In this document: positions 49,141-57,774 of the stretch, one piece after another
Numbering within the stretch: position 1 is the first letter of the stretch
How the letters are laid out: each line of letters opens with the position of its first letter
Source of the DNA: an uncultured Spirochaetales bacterium
Lineage (GTDB): Bacteria; Spirochaetota; Spirochaetia; Sphaerochaetales; Sphaerochaetaceae
Assembly (NCBI GenBank): GCA_944390025.1
Contig: CALXOK010000004.1
Coordinates: forward strand, 11,821 to 75,820
DNA: 64,000 nucleotides
Direction: 5' to 3'
Notes under the pieces: generated by a model
What the model was told of the DNA's origin: nothing
The model's database searches: none
What the model saw: the letters and a program-made list of their open reading frames with translations, nothing else
Made by a program: the position numbers and the translations under genes

Positions 49141-51864
49141 ATGGACAGGCGGAAGTGCTTGATTTTCCTGAAGGATAAGGAAAGAACAGAAACTATTTCA
49201 TCCATGTATTTTGATGAGAACACGGGCCTGTACCGGGTACGTTTCAAAAATAATGAAGAAAAAGAATACTTCTACAAATATGGGGATGTACAGGTCTTCG
49301 AACCTGAGGTACTTAGTCCTGAGTTCTATTGCGTATCGTATAAAGGAGATTTGTTCTCTGGGCTGACCGCCATATACAGATATAAACAGGCCGGATACTG
49401 CTGCCTTGAAAAAGATGAAACCTGCTATCTGATAGAATTAAGCGACTTGAAGGTGAGCCGGTCTGTGCTGGAAAACAAAAAAGTTTCAGGCATTTTCACG
49501 TATCTTAAAGAAATATCATTTATAAATCCGATTGTTGATGATGAAGGAGAACGTATCCTTTCAAAAAGATATAGGCAAATGGATTTTGTAAATGAAGAAT
49601 CAATACTCGCTGGATACCTTTCTGAAACAAAATATGATTCATATGACGTGCCTGCGCTGGTGATTTATCCATTTGGCTGTAACAGAAGCCAGAAGAAAGC
49701 CGTAGAGAATGCGCTGTCAAACAAGTTGAGTATAATACAAGGTCCTCCTGGTACTGGAAAAACTCAGACAATACTATCAATCATAGCCAACCTCATACTC
49801 CAGAAGAAAACAGTGGAAATAGTATCAAATAACAATTCTGCTGTTGATAACGTGAAAGAGAAACTTGAAAAATATGGTCTTTCTTTTTTAGTTGCTTCCT
49901 TAGGAAGTGCTGAAAACAAGGAAAAATTTCTTCTCTCTCAGAGTGGAGTTTATCCTGATATGTCAGGATGGAAGATGCTGAATGAAGATATTCAGGCTTC
50001 TGAATCCCGGATAATAGAATTGAACAGCGCTCTTGAGAAATACTTCGTCATTCAGGAAGAGCTACAGAAATTGAAAGTCCAGATGTCAAGGCTCAATACT
50101 GAAAAGCAACACTTTTCTGATACCATTTGCGATGAAGAAATACTCCCAATAAAACAGGAGATTACAAGCACAAGGCTGATTTCCCTGATTCAAGAGTATA
50201 GTGTTTATTTCCAGACTCATGAGCATTTTTCACTTTTCAGGCGAATTCGGACTGTATTCTTTCAGAAAATTCTAAACTGGAAAGAATCCGCTAAATCCGG
50301 ATCAGATATACTGACTCATTTGCAATTACAATACTATCGGTTGAGAGAGGAAGAAATTCAGACTGAAATCTCTAAACTCGATGAACAAATTAAAGCTTTT
50401 GATTTGTCCAATAAGATTGATGAATTGTCGTTATTGTCTATGCGTCTTTTGAAGTCAGTTCTTTTCAGAAGGTTCAAAAACAAACTGCATAGGGCTGTTT
50501 TTACAGATGAGGATCTCTGGAAGGCTCCTGACTCAGTGGTGGAAGAATATCCCATAGTGACAAGTACTGCATTCTCATCCTGTTCTACACTGAAGTCTCA
50601 AATGTATGACTATGTGATAATTGATGAATCCTCTCAGTGTGATATAGCAACAGGAGCGCTTTCTCTTGCTTCAGCAAAAAATGCTGTAGTGGTTGGAGAT
50701 GTGAAACAACTGCAAAATGTCGTTACAAAAGAGGATATGGCTTATAGTGAGTCTGTTTTTGAGAAATATCATCTCCCAGAGGCATACAGATATTCTCGAA
50801 TGTCTTTCCTTGCATCTGTCTGTGCAGTATTCCCAGCAGCTCCATCTGTATTGCTTTGTGAACATTACAGATGCCAGCCTCGAATTATAGGATTCTGTAA
50901 TGAGAAATTTTACGCTAACAGTCTGGTAATTATGACTGAAGATGAAAAACAAGATGATGAGGTTGAGCTTTTTCTGACAACACAAGGAAATCATAGCCGG
51001 GAACACTCAAATCTCAGGCAGGCAGAGGTGATAGCTCAAGAAATACTGCCTGCGCTTCCTTCAAATGCTGGCAGTATAGGAATCATCACTCCATATCAGA
51101 AAAATGCAAAGTTGATACGTGACATGATTAGCCGGAAAGATATTCAGGTTGATACTATACATAGCTTCCAGGGCCGGGAGATGGATACGATAATATTCGC
51201 CACATCAGATGATACAGTTACTGATTTTTCTGATTCCCCAATGCTAATAAACGTTGCAGTATCACGTGCGAAGAAACATTTCATTCTTGTGGCTTCTTCT
51301 AATCCGCAACCTGCTGACAGTAACATCCGGGATTTAATTTCTTATATTTCATATAATAATTTCAAAACAGTACAATCCGATATAGTATCGGTTTTCGACT
51401 TGCTTTATGAACAATCAACTGCGGCGCGAGTTTCATTCTTATCAAAGCACAGGAAGATTTCTGAATATGATTCTGAGAATATCATGTTCTCTATGCTTGA
51501 GGAAATTTTGAATTCTCCAGATTTTCAAGCATGTTCGTTTAAAATTGTAAGCCATTATCCGATAAGATATCTTTTCCAAGACAGAGCAATTCTTACTGAA
51601 GCAGAACAGTTGTATCTTTCCCGAAGTGGAACTCATGTTGATTTTCTGATTTACAGGGCGATTGGGAAGGACCCGGTTGTTGCGATAGAAGTTGATGGTT
51701 TTCATTATCATAAGAAAAACACAAAACAACATGAAAGGGATCTTCTGAAAGATTCCATATTCTCAAAATATAACCTTCCGCTGCTGCGGTTCAGGACTAA
51801 TGGAAGCGGAGAATATGAGAGAGTCAAAGAATTCCTGAAACAGTATATCTCTAATAGCCTGTAG
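49141..51864 (+). CDS. Upf1/DNA2-like superfamily-1 helicase fused to a C-terminal DUF2726-like PD-(D/E)xK nuclease domain
   Basis: GPPGTGKT, IDESSQ, GDVKQL, EHYRC, ITPY, TIHSFQGRE, NVAVSRAK; C-terminal HVDFLI...AIEVDGFHYH...RD..KD......LPLLR; AT-rich. Confidence 0.85.
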   Translation: MDRRKCLIFLKDKERTETISSMYFDENTGLYRVRFKNNEEKEYFYKYGDVQVFEPEVLSPEFYCVSYKGDLFSGLTAIYRYKQAGYCCLEKDETCYLIELSDLKVSRSVLENKKVSGIFTYLKEISFINPIVDDEGERILSKRYRQMDFVNEESILAGYLSETKYDSYDVPALVIYPFGCNRSQKKAVENALSNKLSIIQGPPGTGKTQTILSIIANLILQKKTVEIVSNNNSAVDNVKEKLEKYGLSFLVASLGSAENKEKFLLSQSGVYPDMSGWKMLNEDIQASESRIIELNSALEKYFVIQEELQKLKVQMSRLNTEKQHFSDTICDEEILPIKQEITSTRLISLIQEYSVYFQTHEHFSLFRRIRTVFFQKILNWKESAKSGSDILTHLQLQYYRLREEEIQTEISKLDEQIKAFDLSNKIDELSLLSMRLLKSVLFRRFKNKLHRAVFTDEDLWKAPDSVVEEYPIVTSTAFSSCSTLKSQMYDYVIIDESSQCDIATGALSLASAKNAVVVGDVKQLQNVVTKEDMAYSESVFEKYHLPEAYRYSRMSFLASVCAVFPAAPSVLLCEHYRCQPRIIGFCNEKFYANSLVIMTEDEKQDDEVELFLTTQGNHSREHSNLRQAEVIAQEILPALPSNAGSIGIITPYQKNAKLIRDMISRKDIQVDTIHSFQGREMDTIIFATSDDTVTDFSDSPMLINVAVSRAKKHFILVASSNPQPADSNIRDLISYISYNNFKTVQSDIVSVFDLLYEQSTAARVSFLSKHRKISEYDSENIMFSMLEEILNSPDFQACSFKIVSHYPIRYLFQDRAILTEAEQLYLSRSGTHVDFLIYRAIGKDPVVAIEVDGFHYHKKNTKQHERDLLKDSIFSKYNLPLLRFRTNGSGEYERVKEFLKQYISNSL

Positions 51865-51925
51865 TTCATGATGACAGGGTATGAGAAGCTCCTATTTGTA
51901 ACTTCCTTGTGATATTATTCGAGAT

Positions 51926-52804
51926 ATGAAACATTCCGGACCCATTTATGCGGTGCTGGCAGCTTTGCTGTATGCGCTCAATACTCCTATGTCAAAAATA
52001 TTCCTGTCCTCTGTTTCTGCTGAAATGATGGCATCATTTCTCTATCTCGGGGCTGGAACAGGGATGTTTCTGGTTCATCTGCTGACAGGAAACAGGTCTG
52101 TTGAGGCTGTACTGACAAAAAAAGATTTACCTTATACGGTCCTGATGGTCATTCTCGACATCGCGGCACCTGTTCTTATGATGAAGGGCCTTGAGATCTC
52201 AAGTGCTGCAAATGCATCTTTGCTAAACAACTTTGAAATCGTTGCGACAACATTGATTGCTGCTCTTGTATTTCATGAACAGGTGAGGAAAAAACTCAGG
52301 ATTGCAATCATTCTGATTGTTAGTGCAAGCGCAATTCTTTCTTTTGGAAGTGACGGGGCGCTTGATTTTTCCAAAGGCTCTCTGTTTGTTCTTCTTGCAT
52401 GTTCATGCTGGGGACTTGAGAACAACTGCACCCGTATGCTTTCATCAAAAAATCCACAGGAGATTGTAATCGTCAAAGGACTGGGCTCCGGAACAGGGGC
52501 GTTTCTTGTCGCCATAATCTGTCAGGCTCCATTTCCTTCTCTGGCGCTGGTGCCTTGTGTCATGGTCCTTGGATTTGCGTCTTATGGATTAAGTGTTTTC
52601 TTCTACGTTCTGGCACAGCGCTATCTTGGGGCCGCCAGGACCAGCGCTTATTATTCGCTCTCTCCATTCATAGGGTCTGCCCTTTCTTTCATAATCCTGC
52701 ATGAAAGCCTTTCTCTGGTGTACATTCTTGCACTTGTCATCATGATTGCGGGCACAGTTCTGACGACTTCTGATGTCAAGGATGAAGAAACTCTGGGCAC
52801 CTGA
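51926..52804 (+). CDS. DMT/EamA family transporter
   Basis: About 10 TM segments, LYLGAG, ASLLNNFE, WGLENN, LGAARTSAY. Confidence 0.88.
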   Translation: MKHSGPIYAVLAALLYALNTPMSKIFLSSVSAEMMASFLYLGAGTGMFLVHLLTGNRSVEAVLTKKDLPYTVLMVILDIAAPVLMMKGLEISSAANASLLNNFEIVATTLIAALVFHEQVRKKLRIAIILIVSASAILSFGSDGALDFSKGSLFVLLACSCWGLENNCTRMLSSKNPQEIVIVKGLGSGTGAFLVAIICQAPFPSLALVPCVMVLGFASYGLSVFFYVLAQRYLGAARTSAYYSLSPFIGSALSFIILHESLSLVYILALVIMIAGTVLTTSDVKDEETLGT

Positions 52805-52854
52805 GACTCCCTTAAACACTCTTTTTGTGGTACAGTCAGATAAGGGACAGCAAA

Positions 52855-53844
52855 ATGCAGGAGAAGACAATATATGACATCGCGAAGATGGCTGGAGTGT
52901 CCGCCGCTACAGTCTCGCGTGTCATCAACAATTATGAACATGTGAAGCCGGCGACCAGAGAGAAGGTGCTGAAGTTGCTGGAAGAGAATAAATTCGTTCT
53001 CAACGAGACAGCTCGCAGTCTGTCAACGCAGTCTACTAAAATAATAGGAATCCTCATTGCAGATATCCGCACAACCCAGCACACTGATGCAATCTACTAT
53101 TTCACGCATGAGTTCTATCGTCAGGGTTATGCCTGCCTTATAAACAATACAGGACCTGATCCGGAACGTCAGGCAGAATTCATCCAGCTGATTTCCCAGA
53201 GAAAGATTGAGGCTGTGATTCTCATCGGCTCCATTTTCCAGAATGAGAGCGTGAAAAAGGCGGTTGAAAGCTATCTGCCTTCAATTCCGGTAGGAATGTG
53301 CAATGGATATCTGGAAGGCAGGAACATCTATTGTGTCATCTCTCAGGAGAGAGAAGGGGTGTGTGAGACAGTGCGCATGCTTTCCTCTAAAGGACGCAGG
53401 CGTATTGCTTATATCTCAAACAACCTCACTGCAAGTAACCAGAACAAGCTTGAAGGTTACAGGGATGGTATAAGCAGTTACTGTGATTGCGAGGAAATGG
53501 TTGAAATCGCGGGAGAGGATAGAGACAGCATTGCCCGCATCACGCTTGATTTCGCCCGCCGTGGTGCTGATGCAATCATCTATTCTGAAGACAATCTTGC
53601 CCTGATCGGGATGAGAGCCTTGAACACGAACTCATATTGCGTGCCTCAGGATGTGGCGGTGGCAGGAATCAACAACTCGTTTTACAGTGAGAACAGCATT
53701 CCCTCTCTCACATCCATTGACAACATGCTCTACAGGACCAGCGTTCTTGTCAGTGAGAATGTAATCAGGGCCATTGGCGGACAGAGTGCAGAGCATCTTG
53801 TGGTGCTTCCTGTCAGCATTGTTGAAAGAGAGTCTACATTGTAG
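52855..53844 (+). CDS. LacI family transcriptional regulator
   Basis: TIYDIAKMAGVSAATVSRVIN, ARSL, VPQDVAVAG, PSLTSID. Confidence 0.93.
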   Translation: MQEKTIYDIAKMAGVSAATVSRVINNYEHVKPATREKVLKLLEENKFVLNETARSLSTQSTKIIGILIADIRTTQHTDAIYYFTHEFYRQGYACLINNTGPDPERQAEFIQLISQRKIEAVILIGSIFQNESVKKAVESYLPSIPVGMCNGYLEGRNIYCVISQEREGVCETVRMLSSKGRRRIAYISNNLTASNQNKLEGYRDGISSYCDCEEMVEIAGEDRDSIARITLDFARRGADAIIYSEDNLALIGMRALNTNSYCVPQDVAVAGINNSFYSENSIPSLTSIDNMLYRTSVLVSENVIRAIGGQSAEHLVVLPVSIVERESTL

Positions 53845-53890
53845 TTTGAAATTCTCTTTTATTATAAAGAAATATCAAAATATATAAAAA

Positions 53891-53944
53891 TTTTGAAATC
53901 GATTGCAAAAAAATCTTTACAATCTCATTTTTCTGCTCTAACAT
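53891..53944 (+). promoter_or_regulatory. LacI operator and sigma70 promoter of the cyclase gene
   Basis: TTTTGAAATCGATTGCAAAA (53891-53910), then TTTACA-N17-TAACAT. Confidence 0.75.
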
Positions 53945-54013
53945 TGAGATATAAAAGAAGAAAGAAGTCATGCCGGAAATGTTCAGGCAGACTCTCTCGA
54001 TGAGGAGGAATAC

Positions 54014-54697
54014 ATGGATTGTGTTTACAAACTCGGCAATCTGAGGATTGTTGACCTTACAAAGACACTGGACCCGAAGACAGAGACAAGAAGATGCCAT
54101 CTCTACAGATTCAACACAGGCGGACCGATTCCTGATTTCCATACAATCATGGATCTGACAAGCCATCTTGGAACACACTGCGAGTGCCCGTATCATCATG
54201 ATGACAACTGGCCAAGCGTTGCAGAAGTCCCGTTCACACAGTTCATGGGACGTGCTATTTACGTTAACATTGACGCTGCTCCGAATTCATATATCACAGC
54301 AGAGCTGCTTGACAAGTACTGCCTGCCAAAGATGCAGGATGGAACAATTGTCATCATCGACAGTCCGCACAAGCTCGCTCCATTCACAGAAAAGACAAAC
54401 ACAAGCGAGGACAAGCGCCTGTTTGTCAATGGAGAGACTGCACAGTGGTTCAAGGATCACAATGCGAAGTGCATCGGATTCGGTGACGGTGTTTCCATTG
54501 AGAACTGCAATGAGGATGTCAAACCGTTCCACGATATCCTTCTGAAGGAGAACATCGTTTTCCTTGAAGTCCTCAAGAATCTCGACAAGCTTGAGAAGGA
54601 TGTCTTCTTCATGAGCTATGCTCCACTTCCGATTATCGGACTGGATTCATGTCCTGTAAGAGCTTATGCGATTGAAGGCCTTGCAGAGTTTTCCTGA
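54014..54697 (+). CDS. Cyclase / kynurenine-formamidase family metal-dependent amidohydrolase (variant motif)
   Basis: IVDLT, SHLGTHCECPYH, H..LL....LE.L.NL, PLPI.GLDSCPVRA. Confidence 0.85.
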   Translation: MDCVYKLGNLRIVDLTKTLDPKTETRRCHLYRFNTGGPIPDFHTIMDLTSHLGTHCECPYHHDDNWPSVAEVPFTQFMGRAIYVNIDAAPNSYITAELLDKYCLPKMQDGTIVIIDSPHKLAPFTEKTNTSEDKRLFVNGETAQWFKDHNAKCIGFGDGVSIENCNEDVKPFHDILLKENIVFLEVLKNLDKLEKDVFFMSYAPLPIIGLDSCPVRAYAIEGLAEFS

Positions 54698-54715
54698 TTC
54701 ACAATAAGATTTGAG

Positions 54716-54742
54716 TCCGGGGTTTCCTGCCCCGGATTTTTT
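54716..54742 (+). terminator. Intrinsic terminator after the cyclase gene
   Basis: tccgggg-tttcctg-ccccgga followed by a T-run. Confidence 0.78.
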
Positions 54743-54755
54743 GTATGGTGAGACT

Positions 54756-55742
54756 ATGGGTTTGACAATCTACGACATAGCAAAGCAGGCAGGTGTCTCG
54801 GCGAGCACTGTCAGCCGTGTCATCAACAGGCACAGCGGAATAAAGAAGAGTACTAGAGAGAAGGTGGAGAAGATTCTGGCCGAATCAAACTTCTCTGTCA
54901 GTGAGGCTGCCCGCGGGCTTGTGAACCAGACAAGCCGGATGATTGGAATCCTTGTCTCTGATATCAGGAACCAGCATCATATCGAAGGGGCGTACATGAT
55001 GGAGCAGCATTTCATGAAGAAAGGATACTGCTCAATCATCCTCAATGCCGGCGACAGCGATGAGAGCAAGGCTGGCTATGTCAGGATTCTTGCTTCCCGC
55101 CGGGTAGACGCTCTTGTCCTGGTCGGTTCCGCTTTTCAATGCGAGGCTGTCAGACAGGCCATTGAAGATTATATGCCGGACACTCCTGTTGTTTTCCAGA
55201 ACGGGGTTTTCTCTCTGAAAAACGTCTCATCCGCAGTGGCAGATGAGGTAAGCGGGACATATGAGGCAGTTAAGTATCTTTATAATCAGGGCAGAAGACA
55301 AATTGCCTACATCAACAACAATGACACTCCGTCAAACAGGAAGAAGATTGACGGTTATGACAAGGCAATGGAAGAGCTGGGCCTTGTAAGGAGCTTCCAT
55401 GTCTGTGAGGACAGTGCAGAGGGCAGTGCTGATGCTACAGCAAGACTTCTGGATCAGAAACCTGAAACAGATGCCATCATCTATTCTGTAGACATACTGG
55501 CTGTCGGGGCGTCCAGAAGAATCCTGGATATGGGTAAACGCATACCTCAGGATATCGCAATAATCGGTACTGACAATTCACCTTTCGCAGTGCTTTCAAA
55601 TCCGCGTCTTTCCTCAATCGACACAAGGCTGCAGGAACTTTCGACAGCCTGTTCACAGATTCTCGAGAAGGCAATAGAGAATCCGTCTTATCATGAGGAG
55701 GTTGAGGTCACACCAGTCCTTGTTCTCCGTGAGACCACATGA
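54756..55742 (+). CDS. LacI family transcriptional regulator (paralog of 52855)
   Basis: TIYDIAKQAGVSASTVSRVIN, ARGL, IPQDIAIIG, PRLSSID. Confidence 0.93.
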   Translation: MGLTIYDIAKQAGVSASTVSRVINRHSGIKKSTREKVEKILAESNFSVSEAARGLVNQTSRMIGILVSDIRNQHHIEGAYMMEQHFMKKGYCSIILNAGDSDESKAGYVRILASRRVDALVLVGSAFQCEAVRQAIEDYMPDTPVVFQNGVFSLKNVSSAVADEVSGTYEAVKYLYNQGRRQIAYINNNDTPSNRKKIDGYDKAMEELGLVRSFHVCEDSAEGSADATARLLDQKPETDAIIYSVDILAVGASRRILDMGKRIPQDIAIIGTDNSPFAVLSNPRLSSIDTRLQELSTACSQILEKAIENPSYHEEVEVTPVLVLRETT

Positions 55743-55782
55743 TTACCTTTTCCCCGATTTTGGGAAATGGTAGAATCATCGT

Positions 55783-56688
55783 ATGAAGCTCAACGAAAGG
55801 GGTGTTCTTCCCGAATCCGACATCTATATTTACAACTCATCCTTAATCAGAAAGGATTATTTTTATCAGATGCTGTGCATCGGTCATTATTACTGCATAC
55901 ACACATATTCGGTACGCTCCAATTCCCTTGACAGCTATTTGCTGCTTTACGTTGTTTCAGGCAGCTTGTACACAATAGACGGAAGCGGAAACCACAATGT
56001 GATGAAGGAAGGGCAGCTCTCTATCCTGAACTGTTATGAGCGTCCAAGCTATGGAACGACTGACAGGGTTGAGTTCTTCTGGATTCATTGTGACAGCCAT
56101 GACATCGCAAAGCTTTACGATGCGATGGATACCCATCTGGTCTCTGTAAGTGACAGAAATTATGTAAGACGCTGCTTTTCCCTTCTGACAGATGTCTTTG
56201 AAAGTGGAGGACAGCCTGCAGAGGCATCTGTAAATAAATGCATAACAGATATCCTGACAGAGTTCTTTGATACGGAAAATGATGAGAAAGCCGCACGTTC
56301 ACGGCACAAGTTTGAGAATGTGTGCAACTATATCAATGCCAATCTCGGCAGAAAGATTTCAAATGAAGAGCTGGCAGCTATGGCGAACATGAGCCCGTAT
56401 CATTTCATCCGCTCGTTCAAGAAGGAAGTGGGCTTCACCCCTCATGAGTTCATACTCCGCTCGCGTATCAACAACGCGCGATTCTTTCTTCAGGCGACAA
56501 GCATGTCGCTGTCTGAAATAACATACCGTTGCGGGTTTGCCAATGAAGCGGCTTTCAGCAACAGCTTCAAGGCGCTGACCGGGACTACACCGCTGCGCTG
56601 CCGTCAGCAGGCGATGGGAAAGGTCTCATCCCGGAGCAAGCTTGCTTCAATGGATCTCATAAAGAAGGATGAGGAAAACCCTGTCTGA
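55783..56688 (+). CDS. AraC family transcriptional regulator
   Basis: N-terminal cupin-like sensor; MSPYHFIRSFK, GFANEAAFSNSFK..TG.TP. Confidence 0.92.
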   Translation: MKLNERGVLPESDIYIYNSSLIRKDYFYQMLCIGHYYCIHTYSVRSNSLDSYLLLYVVSGSLYTIDGSGNHNVMKEGQLSILNCYERPSYGTTDRVEFFWIHCDSHDIAKLYDAMDTHLVSVSDRNYVRRCFSLLTDVFESGGQPAEASVNKCITDILTEFFDTENDEKAARSRHKFENVCNYINANLGRKISNEELAAMANMSPYHFIRSFKKEVGFTPHEFILRSRINNARFFLQATSMSLSEITYRCGFANEAAFSNSFKALTGTTPLRCRQQAMGKVSSRSKLASMDLIKKDEENPV

Positions 56689-56695
56689 CAAAGGC

Positions 56696-56723
56696 AAAAA
56701 AAGGAGCAGGTTTCCCTGCTCCT
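56696..56723 (-). terminator. Terminator of the sugar ABC operon
   Basis: aggagcagg/cctgctcct stem with a minus-strand T-run. Confidence 0.75.
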
Positions 56724-56746
56724 CTGTGAGTACGTAAGAGCTGAAC

Positions 56747-57748
56747 TCACTCAGCATCTGGTCCCATGATTTCCTTGTAATCAGCTGGTGTGACAACAAC
56801 GGCATCAACAGCTGTCTCAAGAGGAACATCCTCTCCGTTGAGAATAGCAAGGAGAACTTCCACAGAGCCGCGTCCGACTGCTGATGCAGGGAAGTAGGCA
56901 GAAGCCTTCATTGCGGAGTTGGAGCCATTTGCATTCCACTCGTCCTTAGCCATGTAAGCACCAAGTCCTACGACACATGCATTGTCAGCCTTGCCTGCCT
57001 GCTCGAGAGCTCTGAGGGCTCCGATTGTACCTTCTTCGTTAGCACCTGTGACAAGCCATGTTGTGATTTCAGGATGAGCTGTGAAGACTGCATCGGCTGC
57101 TGTGTATCCCTTGTCAGTTGTTCCGTCATAGTCAGCGAAATAGATTCTGTCTGTCGGGAAATCCGGGCACTCAGCTGTGAATCTGTCATACTCACCTTCA
57201 GCACGTGGAACACAAGATGAGACTGTGTCCATTGTCATGATGAGAAGTCCTACAGATGAATCGCCTGCAAGGTTGTTCTCTGCGACATAGTCAGCAAGCC
57301 ACTGGCCGTTTGCCTCTCCGATGACGTATGCGTTGATACCTACCCATGGAGCAAGTTTTTCGCCATTCTCTTCCAGAGCATCATCTGCTGCAACTACAGG
57401 AATGTTTGCGGCTGCAAGCATGTCAACAACAGCTCTTGAGAGTGTCTGGTCAGGTGTACAGGTGACGACGCCGGCTGCATTGTTCGCAATTGCGTTGTCA
57501 AGTGCTCTGAGATATTCCTCCGGGCTCATCTTTGCATCAACATAGATGAATTCATAACCAGCTTCCTCAGCTGCGGCCTGAGCAGCCTCTCCTTCGTCGA
57601 TAAACCATGTCTGGTCACCGGCCTTATAAATACCGTAAATGACTCCCTTGCTGTCAGCGCTGGCAGCAGTTTCCTCGCTGGATCCGTTTGCAAAAACGAA
57701 GGACAGTGAGCAGACGAGAACCAAAAGAACAGTTAAAACTTTCTTCAT
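56747..57748 (-). CDS. Arabinose-type sugar ABC substrate-binding protein (AraF-like)
   Basis: K..DQTWF.DE, TPDQ.L, VAADD, NEEG..GA.RALEQ. Confidence 0.78.
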   Translation of the reverse strand: MKKVLTVLLVLVCSLSFVFANGSSEETAASADSKGVIYGIYKAGDQTWFIDEGEAAQAAAEEAGYEFIYVDAKMSPEEYLRALDNAIANNAAGVVTCTPDQTLSRAVVDMLAAANIPVVAADDALEENGEKLAPWVGINAYVIGEANGQWLADYVAENNLAGDSSVGLLIMTMDTVSSCVPRAEGEYDRFTAECPDFPTDRIYFADYDGTTDKGYTAADAVFTAHPEITTWLVTGANEEGTIGALRALEQAGKADNACVVGLGAYMAKDEWNANGSNSAMKASAYFPASAVGRGSVEVLLAILNGEDVPLETAVDAVVVTPADYKEIMGPDAE

Positions 57749-57774
57749 ACATTTCTCCTTTTTGTTTTGTTTTT

